This document shows, piece by piece, positions 54,826 through 64,000 of a stretch of DNA of 64,000 nucleotides (its first letter is position 1; each line of letters opens with the position of its first letter). This DNA comes from an uncultured Desulfobacteraceae bacterium (GTDB taxonomy: Bacteria > Desulfobacterota > DSM-4660 > Desulfatiglandales > HGW-15), in assembly GCA_964580575.1 (NCBI GenBank), contig CAZOLJ010000002.1, positions 31,447 through 95,446 on the forward strand, in the 5' to 3' direction. The translations under genes and the position numbers were made by a program. The notes below the pieces were generated by a model, which did not search any database, was not told where the DNA came from, and was given only the letters and a program-made list of their open reading frames with translations.

Positions 54826-55512
54826 ATGAGCAACAAAACCAATCCATCGAAAAAGACCAAATACCAGATCGAGCTGTCCTCCATGTCTCTGGTCTTCTGG
54901 GCGGTATGTATCCTCTTTTTCATGGGCTGGATCTTTGTGCTGGGAGTCCTGGTCGGACGGGGCTTTCTTCCCGCCAACACGGCCATCGTCGACCTGAAAG
55001 CTCAGGTGATCAAACTGCAGGAGATGGTGGCGCGCACCAAGCGGGCGGATCAAAAACCTCAGGCCAAGGAGCATATCGATCCCGAGCTGAGATTCTATGA
55101 TAAGCTGGAGAGCAAGAAGGAAGACGAGAGAAAGCCCTTCCCGGAGTTGCCTCCTGAGCCCCCTAAGAGCGAAAAAGCGGCCAAGCCTGCTGACACGGCC
55201 CTAGGGGACGTGAAAGCGGACATTGCCAAGAAGGACTCCTCGGTGAAGAAACAGGACATGGCCAAGAGTTCAGACCCTTTTCGATACGTCATCCAGATCG
55301 CAGCCCTGGATGAAAAAGCCAACGCAGAGGATATGGTCAGGAAGCTCTCCGGCCGCGGTGTGGAGGCTTACGTCCAGGAGACGGTCGTCAAAGGCAAACT
55401 CTTCTACCGAGTGAGATGCGGGAAATTTGCGACCAAAGAGGAGGCCAACGATTACGCTCAGAACCTTCCCAAAGAAGCGGGAACGACCTGGCGGGTCTTC
55501 AAGGTCGAGTGA
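54826..55512 (+). CDS. SPOR-domain (peptidoglycan-binding) membrane protein
   Basis: The N-terminal TM (LVFWAVCILFFMGWIFVLGVLVG) is followed by a charged linker and a C-terminal SPOR domain (YVIQIAALDEKANAEDMVRKLSGRGVEAYV......GKLFYRVRCGKFATKEEAN). Confidence 0.8.
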   Translation: MSNKTNPSKKTKYQIELSSMSLVFWAVCILFFMGWIFVLGVLVGRGFLPANTAIVDLKAQVIKLQEMVARTKRADQKPQAKEHIDPELRFYDKLESKKEDERKPFPELPPEPPKSEKAAKPADTALGDVKADIAKKDSSVKKQDMAKSSDPFRYVIQIAALDEKANAEDMVRKLSGRGVEAYVQETVVKGKLFYRVRCGKFATKEEANDYAQNLPKEAGTTWRVFKVE

Positions 55513-55516
55513 CAGG

Positions 55517-55975
55517 ATGATCAGAAAAGCGGTTATTGAGGACATTAAAACGATTCACAAACTGCTCAGCCATTACGGGGATCAAGGGTTGCTGCTGGCG
55601 AGACCCCTGAGCGAACTGTATGATCACCTGCGGGATTTTTTTGTGCTGGTCAGTGATGACCAGGAGCGGAAAATCATCGGAACCTGTGCTCTGGGCATTT
55701 GCTGGGAAGACCTGGCAGAGATCCGCTCTCTTGCGGTTCTGGAGGAGCGGCAGGGGAACAAGCACGCGACAAGGCTTGTGAAAGCCTGTCTCGGGGAAGC
55801 AAGATCCTTCGGCATCAGGCGGGTGTTTGTGCTGACTTATGTGGATGGGTTTTTTGCCAAGCTGGGTTTCAGGACGGTGGAGAAATCCCAACTGCCCCAC
55901 AAAGTCTGGTCCGACTGCTTGAAGTGCTCCAAATTTCCGGAGTGTGACGAAACGGCCATGGTCTTGGACCTGTGA
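55517..55975 (+). CDS. GNAT-family N-acetyltransferase (short ArgA-like amino-acid acetyltransferase)
   Basis: ..IIGTCAL.I.WEDLAEIRSLAV.E..QG...A.RLV.ACL.EAR..G...VFVLTY...FF.KLGF. Confidence 0.8.
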   Translation: MIRKAVIEDIKTIHKLLSHYGDQGLLLARPLSELYDHLRDFFVLVSDDQERKIIGTCALGICWEDLAEIRSLAVLEERQGNKHATRLVKACLGEARSFGIRRVFVLTYVDGFFAKLGFRTVEKSQLPHKVWSDCLKCSKFPECDETAMVLDL

Positions 55976-56014
55976 AGATTCACCACAGAGGCACTGAGGG
56001 CACAGAGAACCAAT

Positions 56015-56048
56015 CTTTCGTTTGCCGTGAGACAGCGGCAAACGAAAG
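56015..56048. repeat. Perfect 13-bp-stem hairpin downstream of the GNAT gene (possible terminator or RNA stabiliser)
   Basis: ctttcgtttgccg-tgagacag-cggcaaacgaaag. There is no trailing T-tract, so it is not a canonical intrinsic terminator. Confidence 0.4.
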
Positions 56049-56185
56049 GGTGGCCTCAGGAAAACCTGGGATTGAACTATTGATGTATGGTGCTTGATTG
56101 AAGGGGAATTGCGGTGATTGAGCTTTTGGATTTCCTCTACTGTCTTCTGTATTGGTGTATTCTCCAGTAATGGAGGTATGAAGTC

Positions 56186-56551
56186 ATGTTTGGGATAGGA
56201 ATGCCGGAGCTGATTGTCATCATGGTGATCGCTCTGATTGTTTTCGGCCCCAAGAAACTGCCGGAGCTCGCCAAGAGCCTGGCCAGGGGCATGGCGGAAC
56301 TGAAAAAAGCCACGGAAGACGTCAAGCAAAGCCTGGAGGAGGATGAAACCCTCAAGGGCGCAAAACAGGACCTGGCCGACTCGATCAGCGGCATTCAAAA
56401 ACAGGTAGAACAGGAAGGATCAGAAGCGATCAAAGCCGAAGAAAGAAAAGAGGGTGAAATGCCGGCAAGCTCCGAGCCGCCCCAAATGGATGAGGCTGGC
56501 GCAACGGGAGCGATCCCCTCTGAGGAGGCGAAGAAAGATGGAGAGCGATGA
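56186..56551 (+). CDS. tatA: Twin-arginine translocase TatA/TatB-family subunit
   Basis: MFGIGMPELIVIMVIALIVFGPKKLPELAKSLARGM. The 121-aa length is closer to TatB-like. Confidence 0.85.
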   Translation: MFGIGMPELIVIMVIALIVFGPKKLPELAKSLARGMAELKKATEDVKQSLEEDETLKGAKQDLADSISGIQKQVEQEGSEAIKAEERKEGEMPASSEPPQMDEAGATGAIPSEEAKKDGER

Positions 56552-57278
56552 AAAGTCGCCTCTCCTGAGCCGCCTTGGGGAGATCAGAAAAAGGCTGGTT
56601 CGCTCTGCGATTGGCGTGGGAATCGGCTTTGCCGTCAGCTACGGGTTTTCCGAGAAGCTCTTCGCACTTCTGGCCTACCCCCTGAAATCCAACATGCCTC
56701 CAGGGGACCGGATGGTTTACACGAGTCTCCCCGAGATGTTCTTGGTCTACATCAAGACAGCCCTGGTGGCCGGGCTTCTTCTGGCCGCGCCCTATGTCTT
56801 CTACCAGATTTACCTCCTGGTCGCTCCGGGGTTTTATCGAAAAGAAAAGAAAAACGTCATCCTCTTTGTCTTGTGCTCCACCGTGCTTTTTGTGGGAGGA
56901 TCGCTTTTCGGTTACTTCGTGGTCTTTCCCTACGGGTTCAAGTTCTTTCTAGCCTTTTCAAACGAGTACCTCCGTGCCCTTCCTTCGGTGAAGCAGTATT
57001 TCTCCTTGTCCGTTAAACTGCTCTTTGCTTTCGGCTTCGTGTTCGAGCTTCCTGTCGTCGCTTTTTTTCTGAGCCGCATGGGCGTGGTAACCGCGGATTT
57101 CCTGAAGCAGAAGCGGCGCTACGCCATTCTTCTTATCTTCATCATCGCTGCCTTTCTGACCCCGCCGGATGTGATCAGCCAGTTCCTGATGGCCCTTCCC
57201 CTCATGGCCCTCTACGAATTCAGCATCCTCATCGCAAAGCTCGCCCGAAAGAAAAAGAAAGATACGGAAGAAGCGTAG
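56538..57278 (+). CDS. tatC: Twin-arginine translocase subunit TatC
   Basis: The start is at MESDEKSPLLSRLGEIRKRL. The six-TM TatC pattern is present (..Y.QIY.LVAPG.Y..EK......, ..FE.PVV..FL...G......L...RRYA......IAA.LTPPDV.SQ). Confidence 0.95.
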   Translation: MESDEKSPLLSRLGEIRKRLVRSAIGVGIGFAVSYGFSEKLFALLAYPLKSNMPPGDRMVYTSLPEMFLVYIKTALVAGLLLAAPYVFYQIYLLVAPGFYRKEKKNVILFVLCSTVLFVGGSLFGYFVVFPYGFKFFLAFSNEYLRALPSVKQYFSLSVKLLFAFGFVFELPVVAFFLSRMGVVTADFLKQKRRYAILLIFIIAAFLTPPDVISQFLMALPLMALYEFSILIAKLARKKKKDTEEA

Positions 57279-57433
57279 GTCATCGATCAGTGCGGATAAA
57301 ACATTGATCACTGAACATTGCAGAGGATCACATGTGAAAACCGAGATTCGACCTTGCAATTCTTATCTGCACCTTTCAATCGGATCTGGCATGGGCTATA
57401 ACAGGGTTATTGAAGTAGGCGTCGGCGGTCAGT

Positions 57434-59590
57434 TCAGTTCCAGAGGGGAATCACCTCCTCATCCTGGGAAATGGGCAACGGCAGCTCCTCAATGGTTCCC
57501 TTGATATCCTCGATTACTGCGGAATGAATAATCGCCGGGGTGACGGAATAGACATGGTCGTCGATAAAAATGCCTCTAGCCCAAGGCACATAACTCCTCT
57601 GATGATTGTCAGTATCATAAACCGGGAGTATTCCCAGCTGTTCAAATCCGTATTCAACAGATACCCGGTAGACATAAACACCGCTTAGGACATATTTGCC
57701 ATAGGTATTAGGTGAAGCGGCGTGAGGCACTTCGTAAAGATCAACAGGAATGGCCAATAGATTGTGCTCCGGCCAAAAGGTGAAAGCCTTATGATTGTAA
57801 TTGGCCTCCGATTGAGTGCCCCGACCTCCGAGGATGAGTTTGTGGGAGAGTTGGGGATTTTCAAATCGGGTCACGTCGAATAGGCTCAGTTGCAAACCCT
57901 GAATCCAGGTGTTGAAACCATCAAAACCAGCATCCTTTCCTATGGTGATCAGATGGTTTTCCCCAAAGGGATGAATGTAATCGGAGTAGCCGGGCACTTT
58001 CAGTTCGCCTATCACTCGCGGTGCCGCGGGATCGGATAGGTCTAGAGTAAACAGAGGGTCTACATTGACGAAGGTGACCAGAAATCCGCGCTTTCCGATG
58101 AACCGGGCTGAATAGATCCGCTCCCCGAAAGCTAACCTCTCTATCTTTCCGATCACGTCAAGAGAGTCGCCGCTTTCCTTTAAGCAATAAATGTTGTTGG
58201 AGATTTGGCTCTGATTGCTGGTCCAGACGTTTGTTGTGGTCGCCATGCGCAAAACATCTTCATATTCGCCCAAGGAAAACTGATTCAAAATGGTTCCATT
58301 AACTCGGCCGCTAGCGACCGCTCTCACCGTATCACCCGTCAGATCAAATTTATAGAGTTCGGTCTGCTGTCGGGACAATGAGTCGACCGCCTCTTCATCG
58401 TTCCAGCGGTCGCTGAGGATGAACAACGCTTTTGTAGAAGTATAAATGCTACTGGCATTGGCTACCATGGCGACACTTTGGAGCGAACCGCTCAACTGGT
58501 CTAGATCAAAGGTAGTGACGGTGGCGATCTCACCGCCGCCGTCTTCGTCAACCGGTTTGTAGAATTGTTGCGGTTCCACCAACGGCAAAACTCGCCCGTT
58601 TTCCGATTTCGGATAGACCAGCCGATAGTAAGGTATTAAATCCTTTATGGTCAGCCCGTTAACACTCTCCTTATTATCATCGATTACCGCCGCCTTGTTT
58701 TTCACACCGGCATGATAGAAATATCTTAAAGGCGGCATGGCGGGAAGGAATTGCTGTACCATATGCAGCTTGTTGTCAATCCGACGGGAAGAGACCAGAT
58801 AGCCCTCAACCTCAACCACTTTTATGAGGTTAGGCGTTGCGGGTTTAGAAATGTCATAGAAGGCCACGCCGACATTGTTTTGATGCCAGCCGTAATCCTG
58901 ACTTCCATTGGGTTTTTCAAAAGGGGTATAACTGCTATACAGTGCCACCAGCACATTCTTGTACAGGTAAAGCTCATTGACATAACCGTATTCTCTCAAA
59001 TCAATAGAGGCTACGGTCTCCATCGGTTCACTAACAGCGACGATATGAACTATTTGGCCGGCCTGAAGGTAGAAAAAGCGGCCGTCGGTCTTCACGGTAT
59101 CGGCTTCATCCACACCGAGTTCCTGGACATTGGTATTGGAGTATCTATCACTGCTCGTATCGGCCCCGGCGCCGCTGAGTGAGACGCTCAATTCATTCCG
59201 CGCCGGCATGATGTCGACCACCGCATCCTTTAGCATATCCTCATACCACCGCACCTTTGTGGCATATTGGTTTTTTAGATAGGTCTCCAGCTCCTTGTAG
59301 CTGGTGAAGGTGCTTAAGCCGCTCTTGACGCCGCCACTGTTCATGCACTTGTGCATATCCCAGAAAAAGTTAGAGCTGCGCGAATTCTTACGGTAACATG
59401 TCATATACCGCTTGAAATAATCCTGGCGGGTCTCGGATAATCTGGATGAAGAGCTTGAATTTATGGATGAGGCGCTTTTGGTGGCCAAACTGGAAGGCGC
59501 TGCAAGGGAGATGTTGTGTAACAACAATAGGACAGCGACAATTGTACCCCAAAAAACAGTTTTGTTTTCTTGTAGCGTGAAGTTCAGCAT
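57434..59590 (-). CDS. Secreted beta-propeller-domain protein (Beta_propel family)
   Basis: The start is at MLNFTLQENKTVFWGTIVAVLLLLHNISLAAP (signal). The family-typical block is ..YSNTNVQELGVDEADTVKTDGRFFYL...., and repeated propeller blades continue to the C-terminus. The gene is about 45% GC against about 57% in the flanks. Confidence 0.7.
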   Translation of the reverse strand: MLNFTLQENKTVFWGTIVAVLLLLHNISLAAPSSLATKSASSINSSSSSRLSETRQDYFKRYMTCYRKNSRSSNFFWDMHKCMNSGGVKSGLSTFTSYKELETYLKNQYATKVRWYEDMLKDAVVDIMPARNELSVSLSGAGADTSSDRYSNTNVQELGVDEADTVKTDGRFFYLQAGQIVHIVAVSEPMETVASIDLREYGYVNELYLYKNVLVALYSSYTPFEKPNGSQDYGWHQNNVGVAFYDISKPATPNLIKVVEVEGYLVSSRRIDNKLHMVQQFLPAMPPLRYFYHAGVKNKAAVIDDNKESVNGLTIKDLIPYYRLVYPKSENGRVLPLVEPQQFYKPVDEDGGGEIATVTTFDLDQLSGSLQSVAMVANASSIYTSTKALFILSDRWNDEEAVDSLSRQQTELYKFDLTGDTVRAVASGRVNGTILNQFSLGEYEDVLRMATTTNVWTSNQSQISNNIYCLKESGDSLDVIGKIERLAFGERIYSARFIGKRGFLVTFVNVDPLFTLDLSDPAAPRVIGELKVPGYSDYIHPFGENHLITIGKDAGFDGFNTWIQGLQLSLFDVTRFENPQLSHKLILGGRGTQSEANYNHKAFTFWPEHNLLAIPVDLYEVPHAASPNTYGKYVLSGVYVYRVSVEYGFEQLGILPVYDTDNHQRSYVPWARGIFIDDHVYSVTPAIIHSAVIEDIKGTIEELPLPISQDEEVIPLWN

Positions 59591-60014
59591 GACGTCTCCT
59601 GTGGTGCTTGGTTGATAAGAGCTTGCCTTTTCCCGGGAAACCCGGCTAAAGCGCCCTTTCGCATCAGGCCAAATCAGACCCACGGATGTTAACGTCGGGA
59701 CGAATGGTTCCTCTCATAGTGGTGATCTGAACATTCGAGACGGCAAAGGGACTCTCTGGGGAGTCGTTTTAGCCCGTATCTACTCCTCCAGGTTCCTCCT
59801 TTGTTCCGCATTCATCAGTAAAGGGTCTCTTGGCTTCCACATAGAAACCATTATGCCATTCCAAGGAGCAATCGTCAAGATATATTATGAATACAAGGAA
59901 GGTCCGGCCAAGACCGAATGTCGGTAACTCCTTGGTTATCCAGGGAATGAATTACTGCAACGGGTGACCTGACCCTAAAGGGGGAGGGCAGGCCGATGAC
60001 AAGAAATCGCGCGG

Positions 60015-60650
60015 TTACATGGCCGTCCCAGGACGCGTCATACGCTTCCGGTAGCGCTGCAACAGGATCAAGCCCATGAGGGGAAACCCCAAAATGGCCA
60101 TGAAACCAACCATGAGATGGACATTCCACCAAACACTCTGCACGACTCCAGCCGCCTGGAGTAAGAGGATGGCCCATACCGCGAACGGGACATGCAGAAA
60201 CAAAGCGGTGATCAGGCCTGGGCTATACGTGCGACGCGCCACAATCGACAACATGACATGGACCAGCGCCTGAAAGATGAAAAAATAGGGCATCCAGGCC
60301 GCAAAGCGTAAATCGTAAACGGCCAGCAAGCCAGATACGGGCAGTGCAAGCCAGATATAACCCATGTTGATCCAGAAAATAGCTGTCTCGTCAGCCAGGC
60401 CGTTCTCTGGGTCTTGCCTGTAAATACCCTGGTTTGCGAACTGCGCGAAGCCACCCGGGAATATATACTCCTCGGTCTCGTGCAGCATGTACAGGGGCGC
60501 GCACAGCAGCATGGCGTACAAAACCAGATTGACGGGCGCAACCAGTACGGTCAGGTAAACCAACAGAAAGACGGCGACAACAAGGCCGGCCCTCATCCAT
60601 TCACGATGAAACCAGCGATAATACTCTGCGATAGTCATTCGTTTAGACAT
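60015..60650 (-). CDS. HXXEE-domain integral membrane protein
   Basis: The protein is multi-TM, with LYMLHETEEYIFPGGF matching the HxxEE signature. Confidence 0.65.
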   Translation of the reverse strand: MSKRMTIAEYYRWFHREWMRAGLVVAVFLLVYLTVLVAPVNLVLYAMLLCAPLYMLHETEEYIFPGGFAQFANQGIYRQDPENGLADETAIFWINMGYIWLALPVSGLLAVYDLRFAAWMPYFFIFQALVHVMLSIVARRTYSPGLITALFLHVPFAVWAILLLQAAGVVQSVWWNVHLMVGFMAILGFPLMGLILLQRYRKRMTRPGTAM

Positions 60651-60875
60651 GGTTAGTCACCCTGCAAGCGTTATGCCCCTCCCGCTTCGGGGCAGGCATT
60701 ACTAACTCTGACCCGAACACGGTTCCCCATTTGGTCCTTTCTGGCTATTCAGTGATGGCGCTGCTTTTTCCCAAGTCGGACTGTACCTGATTCGATCTTG
60801 TGTGTCAAAGACAAAGCCGGCTTGTGTGACAGCCGAATGACAATTCGTTCAGGGCGTTTGTATTGGCCGCTACAG

Positions 60876-62195
60876 TCAAGGAAGGGCTACGAGGCGCTTG
60901 CCGCGGATGCTGTAGAGGGTGGGGTTCTTGATCACTTCGCGGTGATCGTTAAAAACCATCTTGCCCGAGATCCCCGTGAAGTCTTTGGATGCCCGCATTG
61001 CGCGCTGAAGGTCTTGCCTTGTTTTCGGGGCCTCCTTGGCGAGGATGTGGCCAAGGAACATGAGCGTATCGTAACCCTCTGCGGCAAGAATTCCCGGCTC
61101 CGCATCATAGGTTTTTCGGTACAGGGCGACAAACTCTTTGACCGAGGAAGACGGGTTCTGAGCCGAAAAGCCGGAAGGAAAGACCGCGCCCTGAAGGTAC
61201 TCTCCTGCGTGCTCCACCAAGTCGGGAGATTGCCAGAGGCTGGTGCCTAGAAAACGGACACGGAAGACCTTGTGAAAGGGAAATTGGGGAGCGATAAGGG
61301 ATACCTTCTGGGCATTGTCGGGAATGAAGACAGCATCAAAATCGATGATAGGGTTCCCCTCCTTTTCCGAAGAAAAACCAAGGTCAGCGCCCATCTGCGA
61401 AAAAAGGACTTTTTTCTCAACAAGCGCGTCGGCTGCGGACTCGGGCCTAGGATAGTGGAGACCGACCATTTTCCTGATCTCCGCGGCGAAGTCCGTCTCC
61501 TCAGGCCTGTAGGATTCAACAGCCGTGATGCTTCCTTGTGCCTCTTCCACGCTGTCCCAGAAGAGGTTCATCAGGGTCCTGCCGTAGGGGGTGTCCGGAT
61601 AGAGAATCGCAAACCGTGACAACCCCATCTGCCGGGTCGCCTTTTGAACAAGACGTTCCACTTCCATGGCAGAAGTCAGGAAGTTCTGAAAAACCATGTC
61701 GCCTTCGGCGGTAATTCCATCCCTCTGGGTCAGGGTGATGATGGGGACCCCGATCTCTTGGGCTTTCCTCGCCGCAGAGAGAGACGAGCGGCTCGCCAGA
61801 GGCCCGATTACGGAGATCACGTCGCGGGCGGCCAGCTCCTGAACCAGGGAGGCGGCTTCCTCCGCGCTTCCCCGGCTATCCCTGACGATCAGCTGTAGGG
61901 CCACCCCTCGCTGGGTAATCCTGGCGAGGGCGAGTTGGACACCGTTCAACACTTCCTGGCCATAAAGAGCGAAGGATCCGCTTAGGGGCAGCAGGCAACC
62001 GACGGCTTCAGGCCTCACGGCTTGCTCTTCGGCGATCGCATTCCCAACAGCGTCGGAGTCAGGAGAAGGAAGCGCCTTACCACTGGGAACAGGGGGCTCT
62101 GAAAGGGATGCCTGAAAGGGAAAAAAAGCAAAAAAGGCTATCCCCATCGCAAGGAGGAGGATAGCCTTTCGGCCTAACCGAAGCCCGTGGATCAC
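60876..62195 (-). CDS. Periplasmic type-1 substrate-binding protein (Leu/Ile/Val-binding or LpoA-like family)
   Basis: There is a signal/anchor ([17 protein letters not shown]). The core is ..[26 protein letters not shown].. The GTG start overlaps the dnaK stop (GTGA). Confidence 0.75.
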   Translation of the reverse strand: MIHGLRLGRKAILLLAMGIAFFAFFPFQASLSEPPVPSGKALPSPDSDAVGNAIAEEQAVRPEAVGCLLPLSGSFALYGQEVLNGVQLALARITQRGVALQLIVRDSRGSAEEAASLVQELAARDVISVIGPLASRSSLSAARKAQEIGVPIITLTQRDGITAEGDMVFQNFLTSAMEVERLVQKATRQMGLSRFAILYPDTPYGRTLMNLFWDSVEEAQGSITAVESYRPEETDFAAEIRKMVGLHYPRPESAADALVEKKVLFSQMGADLGFSSEKEGNPIIDFDAVFIPDNAQKVSLIAPQFPFHKVFRVRFLGTSLWQSPDLVEHAGEYLQGAVFPSGFSAQNPSSSVKEFVALYRKTYDAEPGILAAEGYDTLMFLGHILAKEAPKTRQDLQRAMRASKDFTGISGKMVFNDHREVIKNPTLYSIRGKRLVALP

Positions 62196-64000
62196 TTCTT
62201 CACTTCCTCGAAATCCGCATCGACCACATCATCGTCCTTCTTTGATGCGCCGCCCTGCGGGCCGCCGCCTCCGGCGTCTCCCTGGGCGTGCTGCTGAGAA
62301 GCCCGGGAGTACATCATCTCCGCGATCTTATGAGAGGTCTGGGTGAGCTCGTCGGAGAGTCGTTTGATCTCTTGAGCGTCCTCCCCCTCCATGGCCTTCT
62401 TCAGCTTTTCAATGACCCGGTCCACATCGCCTTTGGTGGATGTGTCGACCTTGTCCCCGAGTTCCTTGATGGACTTCTCGGTGGAGTAGATCAAAGAGTC
62501 CGCCATGTTGCGAGCGTCGACCAGTTCTCTCTTCCTTTTGTCCTCTTCAGCGTGAAGCTCCGCATCTTTGACCAGGTTTTGGATCTCCTGCTCGCTGAGG
62601 CCGCTCGAGGCCGTGATGCGGATGGACTGTTCCTTGTTGGTCCCAAGATCCTTAGCCGAGACGTTGACAATGCCGTTGGCGTCGATGTCAAAGGTCACTT
62701 CAATCTGGGGAAGGCCTCGGGGTGCCGGAGGAATCCCGACGAGCTGGAACCGGCCGAGCGTCTTGTTGCTTGCTGCCATCTCCCGCTCTCCCTGCAGCAC
62801 GTGGATTTCCACAGCCGGCTGGTTGTCCGCAGCCGTGGAAAAGGTCTGGCTCTTCCTCGTGGGAATGGTGGTGTTCTTTTCGATGAGTTTGGTGAAAACA
62901 CCGCCCAGAGTCTCAATCCCGAGAGAAAGCGGGGTCACGTCGAGGAGAAGCACGTCCTTGACCTCCCCTTTCAGGACGCCTGCTTGAATCGCTGCGCCCA
63001 CAGCGACCACTTCATCGGGGTTCACGTTTTTGCTGGGCTCCTTGCCGAAGAGATCTTTCACCTTCTGCTGAACCTTGGGCATCCGGGTCATGCCTCCCAC
63101 CAGAATGACTTCGTCGAGGTCGGAGGTTTTGATTCCTGAGTCTTTGATCGCCATGGTGCAAGGCGCGACCACTTTCTCGATGAGATCATCCACCAAAGCT
63201 TCCAGCTTGGCTCGCGTGAGCTTCATGTTGAGGTGCTTGGGCCCTGTGGCGTCTGCCGTGATAAAGGGCAGGTTGATGTCTGTTTCCTGCGATGAGGAGA
63301 GCTCCATTTTGGCTTTCTCGGCCGCTTCCTTCAGTCGCTGCAACGCCATTTTGTCGGTCCTCAGATCGATGCCCTGGTCTTTCTTGAACTCATGGGCCAG
63401 GTAATCCACCACCCTCAAGTCGAAATCTTCCCCGCCCAGATGGGTGTCCCCGTTGGTGGACTTGACTTCAAAGACGCCTTCTCCGATCTCCAGGATGGAG
63501 ATGTCAAACGTGCCGCCGCCCAAATCAAAGACGGCGATCTTCTTGTCTCCCTTCTTGTCTACTCCGAAGGCGAGAGAGGCCGCGGTCGGCTCATTGATGA
63601 TTCTCAACACATTCAGTCCGGCGATGCGGCCTGCGTCCTTGGTCGCCTGCCTCTGGCTGTCATTGAAGTAAGCGGGGACGGTGACGACGGCTTCCGTCAC
63701 CTTCTCCCCGAGATAATCCTCAGCGGTCTGCTTCATCTTGGTGAGGATCATTGAAGAGATCTCCGAAGGGCTGTAGGCTTGGCCTCTGACCATGACGTGA
63801 GCGTCGCCGTTCTGCGCCTTCACGATCTTGTAGGGAAGGACCTTAACGTCTCTCTGAACTTCTCCTGAATCATATTTGCGGCCGATCAATCGCTTCACGG
63901 CAAAAATCGTGTTGTCGGGATTGGTGATGGCCTGCCTTTTGGCGATCTGCCCGACAAGTCTTTCTCCCTTGTCGGTGAAGGCCACAATCGATGGCGTCGT
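62192..64000 (-). CDS. dnaK: Molecular chaperone DnaK (N-terminal ~35 codons outside window)
   Basis: The reading frame is open to the window edge ([18 protein letters not shown]...). Motifs are DLGGGTFD.S and VILVGG.TRMP.V, with C-terminal ..[14 protein letters not shown]. Confidence 0.95.
   Translation of the reverse strand, partial: TTPSIVAFTDKGERLVGQIAKRQAITNPDNTIFAVKRLIGRKYDSGEVQRDVKVLPYKIVKAQNGDAHVMVRGQAYSPSEISSMILTKMKQTAEDYLGEKVTEAVVTVPAYFNDSQRQATKDAGRIAGLNVLRIINEPTAASLAFGVDKKGDKKIAVFDLGGGTFDISILEIGEGVFEVKSTNGDTHLGGEDFDLRVVDYLAHEFKKDQGIDLRTDKMALQRLKEAAEKAKMELSSSQETDINLPFITADATGPKHLNMKLTRAKLEALVDDLIEKVVAPCTMAIKDSGIKTSDLDEVILVGGMTRMPKVQQKVKDLFGKEPSKNVNPDEVVAVGAAIQAGVLKGEVKDVLLLDVTPLSLGIETLGGVFTKLIEKNTTIPTRKSQTFSTAADNQPAVEIHVLQGEREMAASNKTLGRFQLVGIPPAPRGLPQIEVTFDIDANGIVNVSAKDLGTNKEQSIRITASSGLSEQEIQNLVKDAELHAEEDKRKRELVDARNMADSLIYSTEKSIKELGDKVDTSTKGDVDRVIEKLKKAMEGEDAQEIKRLSDELTQTSHKIAEMMYSRASQQHAQGDAGGGGPQGGASKKDDDVVDADFEEVKK

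Noticed and set aside
51882-54847. Minus-strand ORFs 51882-52802 and 53798-54847
   Set aside because: They are antisense shadows of alr and argS.
57279-57433. Intrinsic terminator after tatC (gatcagtg...cattgatc)
   Set aside because: The stem is only 7 of 8 bp with a 9-nt loop and no T-tract, which is too weak to call.

Overview
This is a roughly 57% GC bacterial chromosome segment. The gene content (ETF, acyl-CoA dehydrogenase, tungsten-type aldehyde:ferredoxin oxidoreductase, PntAB transhydrogenase) and the style of the intergenic repeats suggest an anaerobic, syntroph-like Deltaproteobacterium (Thermodesulfobacteriota), but this is inference only. Most of the window is housekeeping: an Mla/MCE-type lipid ABC transporter, pgi-gnd-pgl, tRNA-Arg(CCT), rplU-rpmA-obg-proB-proA-nadD-rsfS, etfBA-acd-aor, pntAA-AB-B, queA-tgt-yajC-secD-secF, alr-argS, tatA-tatC and dnaK (partial). 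Several accessory or decayed patches interrupt it. There are six toxin-antitoxin-type loci: three intact VapBC, one DUF433/DUF5615 pair, one frameshifted AbiEi with a DinJ-like tail, and one frameshifted, truncated VapC. A 293-bp MITE has long terminal inverted repeats and an 8-bp target-site duplication. About 1.3 kb of degraded mobile DNA lies between pgl and tRNA-Arg (an orphan ORF, a Lon-like C-terminal fragment and an IS4-type transposase remnant). A low-GC (about 45%) islet carries a secreted beta-propeller protein. At least four families of short dispersed intergenic repeats are present, some sitting inside operons. The most unusual single gene is a 613-aa membrane protein in a LemA-DUF350 operon. 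It has a complete 134-aa Hint/bacterial-intein-like autoprocessing domain directly after its signal peptide, followed by a Gly/Ser linker, a TM helix and two Tim44-like domains. I found no CRISPR array and no rRNA. All calls come from by-eye motif recognition on the supplied ORF translations and the raw sequence; no searches were run.
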